From: a virus
Length of the DNA stretch: 64,000 nucleotides
Virus record (IMG/VR): IMGVR_UViG_3300030104_002421
Location: 1 to 64,000 of that record
Strand: one strand, 5' to 3'
The notes under the pieces are model-generated. The model was given only the letters and a program-made list of their open reading frames with translations. It was not told the DNA's origin and did not search any database. This document shows, one piece after another, positions 50,689-60,205 of the stretch. The translations under genes and the position numbers were made by a program. Each line of letters starts with the position of its first letter. The first letter of the stretch is position 1.

Positions 50689-50717
50689 TTTACTTTTTGA
50701 GTAAAATGTGATATAAT
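50689..50717 (+). promoter_or_regulatory. sigma70-type promoter of gp55
   Basis: TTTACT-17-TATAAT with extended -10 TG. Confidence 0.7.
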
Positions 50718-50744
50718 ACACTATATTAATAAGGAAAATTTATT

Positions 50745-51302
50745 ATGACAACAACAGTAAAACTAAAAACTCCTAAGAAAAAGGAACACTATGTTTCTAA
50801 CAAAGATTTTTTAGAAGCAATGAAAGACTTTAAGAAGAAGTGTTTAGCTGCAGAGAAAAGAGGAAGAAAGCAACCACCTATAAGTGATTACATAGGTGAA
50901 TGTTTTTTAAAGATTGCTAATCATCTATCCTACAGACCAAACTTCATAAACTACACATACAAAGAAGACATGATTTCAGACGGTATAGAAAACTGTTTGC
51001 AATATGTAACGAATTTTGACCCAGAGAAAAGTAACAATCCTTTTGCTTACTTTACACAGATTATATACTACGCTTTTATTCGTAGAATACAAAAAGAAAA
51101 GAAACAAACAACAATCAAACAAAAACTAATATTAAAAAGTGGCCTAGATGAATTAGTTTTACAGGCAGGTGATGATGGTGATTATCAAAACCAGTATGCT
51201 GATTTTCTTAAAAAGAATATGGTAGAAACTGAACCTGAAAAACCTAAAGAGAAAAAGGTTAGAAAGAAAGAGCCTAAAAAACTAGAATACTTTATGCAAT
51301 GA
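50745..51302 (+). CDS. gp55: Late-transcription sigma factor gp55
   Basis: HYVSNKDFL; YIGECFLKIA; DMISDGIENC; NPFAYFTQIIYYAF. Confidence 0.95.
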   Translation: MTTTVKLKTPKKKEHYVSNKDFLEAMKDFKKKCLAAEKRGRKQPPISDYIGECFLKIANHLSYRPNFINYTYKEDMISDGIENCLQYVTNFDPEKSNNPFAYFTQIIYYAFIRRIQKEKKQTTIKQKLILKSGLDELVLQAGDDGDYQNQYADFLKKNMVETEPEKPKEKKVRKKEPKKLEYFMQ

Positions 51303-52786
51303 TATTGAGAGATAAAATTATAATTGTAGGAGGTGGTAGTGCAGGCTGGATGTCAGCGGCAACACTTATCAAAGCATTTCCTGAAAAAGATATAACTGTT
51401 ATAGAAAGTCCAAATACACCAACAGTAGGTGTAGGTGAAAGTACCATTGGTAGTATTAATGATTGGTTATCTTTTTTAGAACTAGAAGATAAAGATTGGA
51501 TGCCTCATGTAGGTGCTTCATATAAATTAAGTATTAAGTTTACAGACTTCTACAAAAAAGGTGAGGAATTTCATTACCCATTTGGTTTACCTTATGAACC
51601 TTATATTAATAATGATACACGAAACAAATGGTATATAAAGAAACATTTACAAAATTGTAAAACATCTGATTATGCTGAATGTATTGCACCACAAATTGCT
51701 CTTTCCAATACAAACAAAATGGCAAAATCTTTTGATACATTTGATTATCACAAAGACGCTGCTTATCATTTTGACGCTTTACTCTTTGCAAAATATCTAA
51801 AGAATAATTATTGTTTACCAAGAGGTGTGAAACATATAGAAGAACATATAAACACGATAGAAACAAATGAACATGGTATTACATCACTTAACAATAAACA
51901 TACTGCTAACCTATACTTGGATTGTACAGGTTTTAAATCTATGTTAATGAAAGAAGTAGATGGTGAGTTTATAAACATGAACCATATCTTACCAAATGAT
52001 AGTGCATGGTCAACAAAATTAGATTATACAGATAAAGAAAAACAATTAGAACCATATACAAATTGTACAGCAATAGATAATGGTTGGGTATGGAATATAC
52101 CTCAATGGCAAAAGATTGGTACTGGTTATGTTTATTCAAGTAAGTATATTGATGATGTTCAAGCGTTACAAGACTTTCAAAACTATTTGGGAAAACCAAA
52201 AGATGTGAATTATAAACATACACGAATGAGAATAGGTAGACATAAACAAATGTGGAAAAAGAATGTATGTTCTATAGGACTGGCTGCAGGTTTTATTGAA
52301 CCTTTAGAAAGTACAGGTCTCCTTCAAACACATGGATTTTTATTAACACTTGTAAAAAATTTAGAACGAGGTAAGGTATCACAGTTTGATAAAGATACAC
52401 ACAATTTAGAATGTAATGATATATTTGATAACTTTGTGGCATTTGTCGCCATGCATTATTCTTTATCACATAGAAACGATACACAATATTGGCGTGATGT
52501 AACAAATAAAAGTATTGCTGAATTAGAACTAGTGCAAAAGGTAATGAAAGTAAAACACATTGACCATTATTTTACAATAGATGGTGGTATGCATTATATA
52601 GCAACAGGTATGAATTATGATCCTATTTCTATGACAGATATACTTACAAGACAATATGAAGTAGAGACAGATACAATAGATGAAAACTATGTGGCAGAGT
52701 TTGATATAAACAAAAATAGATGGAAAGAAAATGCATTGTTAGCACCTACACTATATAAATTTTTAAAGGAAAACATATATGAGTAA
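51299..52786 (+). CDS. Flavin-dependent halogenase (tryptophan halogenase/PrnA-like)
   Basis: GGGSAG, VGEST, YKLSIKF, WVWNIP, FIEPLESTG. Confidence 0.88.
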   Translation: MILRDKIIIVGGGSAGWMSAATLIKAFPEKDITVIESPNTPTVGVGESTIGSINDWLSFLELEDKDWMPHVGASYKLSIKFTDFYKKGEEFHYPFGLPYEPYINNDTRNKWYIKKHLQNCKTSDYAECIAPQIALSNTNKMAKSFDTFDYHKDAAYHFDALLFAKYLKNNYCLPRGVKHIEEHINTIETNEHGITSLNNKHTANLYLDCTGFKSMLMKEVDGEFINMNHILPNDSAWSTKLDYTDKEKQLEPYTNCTAIDNGWVWNIPQWQKIGTGYVYSSKYIDDVQALQDFQNYLGKPKDVNYKHTRMRIGRHKQMWKKNVCSIGLAAGFIEPLESTGLLQTHGFLLTLVKNLERGKVSQFDKDTHNLECNDIFDNFVAFVAMHYSLSHRNDTQYWRDVTNKSIAELELVQKVMKVKHIDHYFTIDGGMHYIATGMNYDPISMTDILTRQYEVETDTIDENYVAEFDINKNRWKENALLAPTLYKFLKENIYE

Positions 52787-53825
52787 AATTGCCTTAATTA
52801 ATGATACACACTTTGGTTGTAGAAATGATAACCCTAATTACCACGATTACATTTATCGTTTTTGGGACGAACAGTTTTTTCCTTATATAGAACAAAACAA
52901 CATAGATACAGTTATACATTTAGGTGATGTATTAGATAGGCGTAAGTATGTTAATTTTAAAACACTACAAGACTTTAATAACAAAATTGTATATAACTTA
53001 AAAGATATAAATGTTGATATTATAGTAGGTAACCATGACACATATTATAAGAATACAAACGAAGTAAATGCACCACAAGAACTTATGAACTGGGGTAATG
53101 TATATTCAGAACCAACAGTAGTAGAACGAGGTGGTATGAAAATGTTATATGTGCCTTGGGTAACACCTGAAAATTATGATAAAACTAAAATGATGTTAGA
53201 ACAAGAAAGTGTTGATATGGTATTAGGACATTTAGAAATAAAAGGTTTTGAAATGCATAACGGACATGTATCAGATACAGGTTTAGAAAGTAATCTGTTT
53301 AGTAGATATGAAAAAGTATTATCTGGTCACTTTCATAAAAAGAGTGATAACGGACATATCTATTATTTGGGTAGTCAATATGAAATGACTTGGTCAGATT
53401 ATAATTGTCCTAAACACTTTCACATATTAGATACAGAAACAAGAGAAATAGAGGCAATAAGAAACCCTTTAACAATACATCATAAGATATATTACAATGA
53501 TGAAACTACAGACTATTCTAATTTTGATTATAATGAATGTAACAATAAGTATATTAAACTCATTGTAGAAAAGAAAACAGATTACTTTATGTTTGATAAG
53601 TTTGTTGATAACATCTATCAAAAAGCAAAACCTTATGATTTAAAGATAATAGAGGACTATAGTGATTTAGACGCTACTACTGTAGCAGACGATATAGTGG
53701 AACAAAGTGAAGATACACCTACTTTACTGGACACCTATATAGAACAAACAGATACTACACTTGATAAAGGTAGATTAAAAACTTTGATGAAAAGTTTGTA
53801 CACGGAGGCATTTGACTATGAGTGA
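52779..53825 (+). CDS. gp47: Recombination endonuclease gp47 (Mre11/SbcD-like)
   Basis: DTHFG, HLGD, GNHD, GHFH. Confidence 0.93.
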   Translation: MSKIALINDTHFGCRNDNPNYHDYIYRFWDEQFFPYIEQNNIDTVIHLGDVLDRRKYVNFKTLQDFNNKIVYNLKDINVDIIVGNHDTYYKNTNEVNAPQELMNWGNVYSEPTVVERGGMKMLYVPWVTPENYDKTKMMLEQESVDMVLGHLEIKGFEMHNGHVSDTGLESNLFSRYEKVLSGHFHKKSDNGHIYYLGSQYEMTWSDYNCPKHFHILDTETREIEAIRNPLTIHHKIYYNDETTDYSNFDYNECNNKYIKLIVEKKTDYFMFDKFVDNIYQKAKPYDLKIIEDYSDLDATTVADDIVEQSEDTPTLLDTYIEQTDTTLDKGRLKTLMKSLYTEAFDYE

Positions 53826-54507
53826 AGAATACCCGGATCATTTATATTATAATAATGTATATTATTTTGGTCCATACATACACCACGGTAGGGTTGACCC
53901 TAACTTTGTAAGAGACCTATTAGCAGTAGGTGAACAATCACAAGGTAAACAAGATATGAAACAGAACCTAGCAGGTTCTTTAAAACAAGAATGGAAACTT
54001 AACGAAGAACAACAAAGATGGTTTGATAAATCTATGAGAATAAACTTTGAACACTACATAGATAGAAGAGCACATTGGCATAATGACCAAAATCTAAAAA
54101 ATAAAGGTTACATTATAGACAATGTATGGATTAATTATCAATATGCTACTGATTATCAACCAGAGCATATTCATTCTGGTGATTTTAGTTGGGTTATTTA
54201 CTTACAAAATCCACCAAAGATAGAAGAAGAAAGAGAAAAACACGAAACAAGAGGACCTGCACCAGGCACAATTACCTTTTCTTATGGCGAAGGTGTTGGT
54301 ATGAATACGGAATCACCTTGGGTTAGTGTACAGTCATTTGTTAATGATGTAGCAGATTTCTTTATCTTTCCGGCACAGTTAAAACATTTCGTACCACCTT
54401 TTAAGAGTGAAGGTTGTAGAATATCAGTAAGTGGTAATGGTAGTTTCCAAGAAGACCATAGTCCATATAATGATTATTCTTACGGAGCAAAACGAATTAA
54501 TTATTAA
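53812..54507 (+). CDS. Putative 2OG-Fe(II) oxygenase
   Basis: VWINYQ...PEHIHSGDFSWVIYL...FPAQLKHFVPPF...RISVSGN. Confidence 0.8.
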   Translation: MTMSEEYPDHLYYNNVYYFGPYIHHGRVDPNFVRDLLAVGEQSQGKQDMKQNLAGSLKQEWKLNEEQQRWFDKSMRINFEHYIDRRAHWHNDQNLKNKGYIIDNVWINYQYATDYQPEHIHSGDFSWVIYLQNPPKIEEEREKHETRGPAPGTITFSYGEGVGMNTESPWVSVQSFVNDVADFFIFPAQLKHFVPPFKSEGCRISVSGNGSFQEDHSPYNDYSYGAKRINY

Positions 54508-54510
54508 TAT

Positions 54511-56223
54511 ATGATTTTATTTGAGACGATTAGGTGGAAGAACTTTCTTTCCACCGGCAATACAGGTATAGAAGTTAAACTAAATGAACACCAAGATACA
54601 TTAATTGTAGGACACAATGGTGCAGGTAAATCAACAATACTTGACGCCTTGTGTTTTGGTCTTTTTAATAAACCTTTTAGAGATATTAAAAAAGAACAAA
54701 TGATTAATAGTGTTAATCTAGGTGGCACAGAAATAGAAATAGAATTTAGTATATCAAAAAATAGATATAAAATTAAACGAGGTATTAAACCTAATTTATT
54801 TGAGATATACTTAAATGATGAACTTGTTAACCAAGACGCTTCTATTGCTGACCAACAAAAATATTTAGAACAACAAATACTTAAATTTAATTATCGTAGT
54901 TTTACACAGGTCGTAATACTAGGCAGTAGTGCATTTGTACCTTTTATGGAATTAAAATCACCACATAGACGAGAAGTTGTGGAAGATATACTTGATATAA
55001 AGATATTTTCTGTAATGAATATGTTAGTGAAGATACAAATAAAAGAAATACAAGACCAGTTAAGAGATATTGATAGAGAGATTGAGATTACTAAAAATAA
55101 AGTAGAGACACAGGAAAAATATATTGAACAAACAGGTAAACAAACACAATCTACAATAGATGATTATAATACAAAGATAACAGAAAACAAAGAAGCATTA
55201 GAAAAATACAATGACCATAAAAAAGAGTTAGAGAAAGCATTAGTAAAAGAAAAAGAAAAAATACTAGATGAAGAAAAGGTAAGACAACAAGTTAAAAAAT
55301 TAAATAGTTTTGAAACACAATTTGAAAGTAAGGTAAAGGAGTGTACTAAACATAAAAGATTTTATGAAAGTAATGATAACTGTCCTACATGTCAACAAGA
55401 TATTAATCCAGAGTTTAAGTCAAAAAAGATATCTAACGAGAACAATGAGATAATTAAATTTAATCAGGCATTAGAAGATGTGGCAAAAGAGATATCATCT
55501 AAACAAAGACGATTACAAGCAATTGCTTCTGTATATGAAGATATGAAAGTTACAGAAATTGATATTGCTAAGTTTGAACAATCATCAAATGAATTACAAA
55601 ACATTAATCGTAAACTAGAAAGTCAAGTTAATACTCTTATGCAACAAAGTGAAGATACAGGTAGTGCTAAAGGTAAATTAGAAACATATCAATCAATGTT
55701 AGAAAAGTATGAAGAAGAACAGTTACGAAAAAAAGAAGAACTAGATTATTTACAGGCAGCAAGAGTAATGTTAGCAGATACAGGTATCAAAACAAAAGTA
55801 ATAAAACAATATTTACCTATTATGAACCAGTTAATTAACAAGTATCTTGCAAGTATGGATTTCTTTGTTAACTTTAAACTAGATGATGAGTTTAGAGAAA
55901 TAATACGAAGTAGATTCCGTGATGACTTTAGTTATAGTAGTTTTAGTGAAGGTGAGAAGATGAGAATAAATCTGGCATTATTGTTTACATGGCGTGCTAT
56001 TGCAAAGATGAAAAACAGTATATCTACCAATCTATTAATGTTAGATGAAATATTTGATAGTAGTTTAGATGGTCAAGGTACAGACGATTTCTTAAAGATA
56101 CTGAATACACTAGAAGGTGAGAATGTGTTTATCATATCACATAAGACAGATTTGATGGCAGATAAGTTTAAAAACATAATGAGATTTGAGAAATATAAAA
56201 ACTTTACAAGGATAGTAGAATGA
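54511..56223 (+). CDS. gp46: Recombination ATPase gp46 (Rad50/SbcC-like)
   Basis: GHNGAGKST; CPTC hook; FSEGE; LDEIFDSSLD. Confidence 0.95.
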   Translation: MILFETIRWKNFLSTGNTGIEVKLNEHQDTLIVGHNGAGKSTILDALCFGLFNKPFRDIKKEQMINSVNLGGTEIEIEFSISKNRYKIKRGIKPNLFEIYLNDELVNQDASIADQQKYLEQQILKFNYRSFTQVVILGSSAFVPFMELKSPHRREVVEDILDIKIFSVMNMLVKIQIKEIQDQLRDIDREIEITKNKVETQEKYIEQTGKQTQSTIDDYNTKITENKEALEKYNDHKKELEKALVKEKEKILDEEKVRQQVKKLNSFETQFESKVKECTKHKRFYESNDNCPTCQQDINPEFKSKKISNENNEIIKFNQALEDVAKEISSKQRRLQAIASVYEDMKVTEIDIAKFEQSSNELQNINRKLESQVNTLMQQSEDTGSAKGKLETYQSMLEKYEEEQLRKKEELDYLQAARVMLADTGIKTKVIKQYLPIMNQLINKYLASMDFFVNFKLDDEFREIIRSRFRDDFSYSSFSEGEKMRINLALLFTWRAIAKMKNSISTNLLMLDEIFDSSLDGQGTDDFLKILNTLEGENVFIISHKTDLMADKFKNIMRFEKYKNFTRIVE

Positions 56224-56831
56224 TAAACTACGAGTTATATCCTTTATTTGCTATGCCTGTATTAAAGGTTACTGAAAAATACAATATGTCAGATAGTGAA
56301 AGAAAGACTATTGAAAGTTTAGAATGGTCACCTAATCCTAATAATTTAATATCTAAAAATAATAATGTATTAACAACAATGAATGAGTTATCTGGTTTAA
56401 GAGATTATGTTTCAAAGTGGGTAAATTTTTATACAAAAGATATTATGAAAATAAAAGATGTTGAATTTTATATAACACAATCTTGGTTTAATGTAACAAG
56501 AAAAACAGAAAGTCATCATACACATACACACCCTAATAGTATTGTTAGTGGAGTTTTCCACCTTGATGATGATTTATCACATATTACTTTTGAAAGAGAA
56601 CGAACAAATGCTACTTTTGATTTAAAACTAAAATATAGTGAATACAATATACAAAATTGTAATGCTTATGATTTTAACACAGACAAAAATACTTTGATAA
56701 TATTTCCATCAAAACTACCTCATAAGGTAAAAGTGAACAATGATAATAGAGATAGATATAGCATGTCTTTTAATACATTTGTTAAGGGGTCAATGGGTGA
56801 TGAAAACGAATTAGACTTATTAGAATTATGA
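56220..56831 (+). CDS. Putative 2OG-Fe(II) oxygenase (TIGR02466-like)
   Basis: TQSWFN...HTHPNSIVSGVF...FPSKLPHKV...RYSMSFN. Confidence 0.85.
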   Translation: MINYELYPLFAMPVLKVTEKYNMSDSERKTIESLEWSPNPNNLISKNNNVLTTMNELSGLRDYVSKWVNFYTKDIMKIKDVEFYITQSWFNVTRKTESHHTHTHPNSIVSGVFHLDDDLSHITFERERTNATFDLKLKYSEYNIQNCNAYDFNTDKNTLIIFPSKLPHKVKVNNDNRDRYSMSFNTFVKGSMGDENELDLLEL

Positions 56832-57550
56832 AATATTTTCCTGCCGTTATAGATAATTTTTTTGACAAACCAGATTTGGTTAGAGAGTTTGCTTTATCTT
56901 TAGATTATGCACCTGATGATAAAGGTAGGTGGCCTGGGCAAAGAAGTGAATCCTTGCACATGATAGATTATGAATTGTATATGAGTGTAATGTTAAAAAT
57001 TATGTCCATATATACAGACTTTGCTTATACAAATGTTACTTGGGAAAATGCTTCTCTTTATTTTCATAAGATAAAAGATACAGGCGATAAAGAATTAAAT
57101 AAAGGTTGGATTCATATTGACCAAGATTTTCAATTAGCAGGTCTTTGTTATCTAAATCCTGGTGTAAATGATATGAATTTAGGAACCTCAATTTATTCAA
57201 AAAAAGGATTTCACCAGAAGTTTGAAAGACACCATTATAAACATATGTATTATAAAGGTGAACAAATTAATTTGAATGACTATAAAAAGAAATTAAGTGA
57301 ACACAATAATGAATATGATGAAACAATTAAAATTGGTAATGTATATAATAGAATGATTACTTATGATACATTAGAACATCATACTTTAAATGGGATACCA
57401 AAAGATGAAGAAAGATTAACTATGTTATTGTTTATGGATGGTATTAAACCAGAAGATAATAGATTTCCTAATAACAGAATTAAAGATGTAAAACAATATG
57501 ATAGTTTTATTGAAGAAAGGATTAGGTTTTTAAATGAACATAAAAAATGA
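56828..57550 (+). CDS. 2OG-Fe(II) oxygenase-like protein
   Basis: IDNFFDKPD..R; WPGQRS; GWIHID; YLNP; GTSIY; NVYNR; RLT. Confidence 0.75.
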   Translation: MKYFPAVIDNFFDKPDLVREFALSLDYAPDDKGRWPGQRSESLHMIDYELYMSVMLKIMSIYTDFAYTNVTWENASLYFHKIKDTGDKELNKGWIHIDQDFQLAGLCYLNPGVNDMNLGTSIYSKKGFHQKFERHHYKHMYYKGEQINLNDYKKKLSEHNNEYDETIKIGNVYNRMITYDTLEHHTLNGIPKDEERLTMLLFMDGIKPEDNRFPNNRIKDVKQYDSFIEERIRFLNEHKK

Positions 57551-57776
57551 AATACTAACAATACTTATGGAAGAATGTGCTGAAACAAGTATTGAATGTA
57601 GTAAGGTTATCCGTTTTAATATAGATAATACTGAACGATTAGAAAAAGAATTAGGTGATGTATTAATGATGATAAAATTATTATCTGAAAATAATATAGT
57701 AACAATGGAAAACATTGAAGCTGCTGCCAGACAAAAAAGAGAGAAACTTAAAACTTGGAGTAAAATACCATTATGA
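57534..57776 (+). CDS. MazG-like NTP pyrophosphohydrolase
   Basis: LMEECAE...SKVIRF...LEKELGDVL (EExxE...ExxD). Confidence 0.75.
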   Translation: MNIKNEILTILMEECAETSIECSKVIRFNIDNTERLEKELGDVLMMIKLLSENNIVTMENIEAAARQKREKLKTWSKIPL

Positions 57777-58783
57777 AAATAACTATTGCAAGATTACGAA
57801 GTGGTACTAATTATAAAGAACCACTACATGATATTATGGATAGTTTCTATGAACTATACAAAAGATACATGGAAGAAAATCAACAACACACTTATGGTGT
57901 ATATAACTTTGGTTGGGGACATGCAAACAGAAAAAAGTTAGATGATATACCAGATAGTGATGTTATTATTATACCAAGTGAAAACGAGTTTACTCAACAT
58001 ATAAAAAACTTTGTTGACCCAAGACATAAAGCAAGAAGTGATGAAATGGTCAAACAAATAGGTGAACACTTGGCAAATAAGCATGTAATGATATGGCGTA
58101 GTGATAGAGCAGACAATGAAGAACTGTATAGAAACAAAACATTTAAAGACCAACCCATTGGTAAGTTTAGTACATTAGACGAAATGGATATACCTGGTGG
58201 TCTACATGGTATGAAATATCACTTTATTACAGATAACTATCCTGCTAAACTAGATGAGACAAGAGATATAGATTTTATATATTGGGGTACAGATAAAAGA
58301 AAGACAACAGAAAATGTTGATAGTGGTGATCCTAGGCACAAAGTATTTAAACAGATATACAAAGAAAAGAAGTTATCATCTTATTGGATTGGCAAGTTTA
58401 GTAATATAGAAAGAAACATGAAGATAAACCGTATGGTACATATATTACCATATCTTACAAGTGGTAAAGGTACATTGTGTTTTAACTGGATGAGTGAGAC
58501 AGCCACAACAAGTAGATACCACGAGGCATTGGCATGTGGTCTTATACCATTTGTGTGGCATAACTATGATATCAAAAATACAATTGTTGGTGACCCATGG
58601 CAAAGAGTATCAAGTGTGGAAGAACTATATGAAAAGTACGAAGAACTGAATAGTGCCAAAGGAGACTTATGGGGTCAAAAATTCTTTGAAATAGAACTAG
58701 AATATCAAAAGAATGTCCTGAAGTCAAAAGATGAGTATTATCAATTGTTTAAATCAAGGCTTGACAAATTGTTAGAAATATGA
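57773..58783 (+). CDS. GT-B glycosyltransferase resembling T4 DNA beta-glucosyltransferase
   Basis: DFIYWG...SGDPR and TSRYHEALAC...YDIKNTIV...VSSVEELYEK parallel T4 BGT DVIYGG..RSGQR and TLRVWETMAS...FDTKHRII...VNNRAELIDR (recalled from memory). Confidence 0.65.
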   Translation: MKITIARLRSGTNYKEPLHDIMDSFYELYKRYMEENQQHTYGVYNFGWGHANRKKLDDIPDSDVIIIPSENEFTQHIKNFVDPRHKARSDEMVKQIGEHLANKHVMIWRSDRADNEELYRNKTFKDQPIGKFSTLDEMDIPGGLHGMKYHFITDNYPAKLDETRDIDFIYWGTDKRKTTENVDSGDPRHKVFKQIYKEKKLSSYWIGKFSNIERNMKINRMVHILPYLTSGKGTLCFNWMSETATTSRYHEALACGLIPFVWHNYDIKNTIVGDPWQRVSSVEELYEKYEELNSAKGDLWGQKFFEIELEYQKNVLKSKDEYYQLFKSRLDKLLEI

Positions 58784-58789
58784 TAGCCT
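58761..58789 (+). promoter_or_regulatory. sigma70-type promoter of DUF4338 gene
   Basis: TTGACA-17-TAGCCT with extended -10 TG. Confidence 0.55.
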
Positions 58790-58802
58790 AATAGTTTATA
58801 TT

Positions 58803-60059
58803 ATGGAAAAGAAAATTGACCCGCTATTAGAAGAGCAATGGGAGGTATTTCAAAAAGAAAACCCAAGTGCGACATTTCGACACATAGATGAGACAAAACT
58901 AAAAGATAACTTAACAAAAGAATTATCTTATGCTGCCAATATGTCAGTAGAAGAATATACACTATATCAAAAATGGTGTGAAGTTAAAAACAAATATCCT
59001 GCTCAAGTAGTAAACACATTGTTTGGCGAAGAAAGTCAATTAGTAGATTTATCAAAAGACAAATTATTAGTACATGTTAAAAACAATATATGGGCACCTA
59101 AAGACCCTATGGATTTTGAGAAGTTAGAACCAGAACTAATCTATACAAAAGATGACCCTAGTTACCCACAATTGTGGAATGCAATAAGAACATTTGCCTC
59201 TACAATGAAGAACAATAACAATATAGGTCGTAATTTAAACTTTATAGTAAGAGACAAACCAACAAAGAAATATCTAGGTGTCATTTGTATATCAAGTGAT
59301 TTTTTAGATTTAACACCTAGAGATAATTACATAGGTTGGGATAGAGAAAGAAAAACTAAAAAGATGATTAATCATACTGCTATTGGTAGTACGATTGTTC
59401 CATTACAACCACTAGGTTTTAATTATACTGGTGGTAAGTTACTGGCATTATTATGTCTATCTGATAAAGTACAAGAAACATGGAAAAAAGAATATGGTGA
59501 TACAATGGTTGGTGTTACAACAACAAGTCTCTATGGTAGTTTTAGTCAGTATCAAAATCTAAAATACTGGAAGAAAAGAGGTCATAGTGCAGGTAGTGTA
59601 TCATATGAAGCAACGAAACCTACAATACAAATGTTAAGAGATTGGTTAAAAGAAAATCATACTAGAAAATTCTTTGAATGGTATAGTGCTACAAAACCTA
59701 CAGGACAACCTTATAAGAGAGACCATAGAAATAGAAGTCATACATTTGCTTATGGTAAACTAGGTATACCTAAAGAAATTACAAAGTCAGCACATAGTAG
59801 AGGTATCTATTTCAGTACACTATACGACAATACATGTGAGTTTTTAAGAGAAGAAATAGAAGAAGATAAACTAAAGAAATCATTTGATAGTAGTATTGAA
59901 GGACTTGTAAATGTATGGAAGAACAAGTATGCTAGTAAGCGTATAAAATCGCTGATTAACCAATCTAGGACAAACATGGAATCACTTTATTATGATGACT
60001 TGATACATCTATCATGGGAAGAAACAAAAAATAAGTATCTAAAACAAGTAGGAAGATGA
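58803..60059 (+). CDS. DUF4338/DruA-like protein (predicted GNAT-type fold)
   Basis: GRNLNFIVRD...LGVICISSD...RDNYIGW...PLQP...GGKLLALL...TTSLYG..SQY. Confidence 0.75.
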   Translation: MEKKIDPLLEEQWEVFQKENPSATFRHIDETKLKDNLTKELSYAANMSVEEYTLYQKWCEVKNKYPAQVVNTLFGEESQLVDLSKDKLLVHVKNNIWAPKDPMDFEKLEPELIYTKDDPSYPQLWNAIRTFASTMKNNNNIGRNLNFIVRDKPTKKYLGVICISSDFLDLTPRDNYIGWDRERKTKKMINHTAIGSTIVPLQPLGFNYTGGKLLALLCLSDKVQETWKKEYGDTMVGVTTTSLYGSFSQYQNLKYWKKRGHSAGSVSYEATKPTIQMLRDWLKENHTRKFFEWYSATKPTGQPYKRDHRNRSHTFAYGKLGIPKEITKSAHSRGIYFSTLYDNTCEFLREEIEEDKLKKSFDSSIEGLVNVWKNKYASKRIKSLINQSRTNMESLYYDDLIHLSWEETKNKYLKQVGR

Positions 60060-60182
60060 GAACATATAGAGAACACCAAGAGTGTTGCAAAAATACAACA
60101 CTAATAAAATGCTAAACCATTGAAATATAACGATTTTAATTTATATTATTTTGTTGACAAATGAACCAAAATGGTATAGGAT
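60060..60182 (+). promoter_or_regulatory. Composite early promoter, second copy
   Basis: GAAC-N7-GAAC 60060-60074; 18-mer 60083-60100; TGCTAAACCATTGAAA 60110-60125; TTGACA-17-TAGGAT. Confidence 0.75.
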
Positions 60183-60205
60183 ATAAGAATAATTAACGAG
60201 GTATT

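Noticed and set aside
58803-60059. Complete Druantia defence system
   Set aside because: Only a DruA-like gene is present; no DruE helicase or other partners in the window
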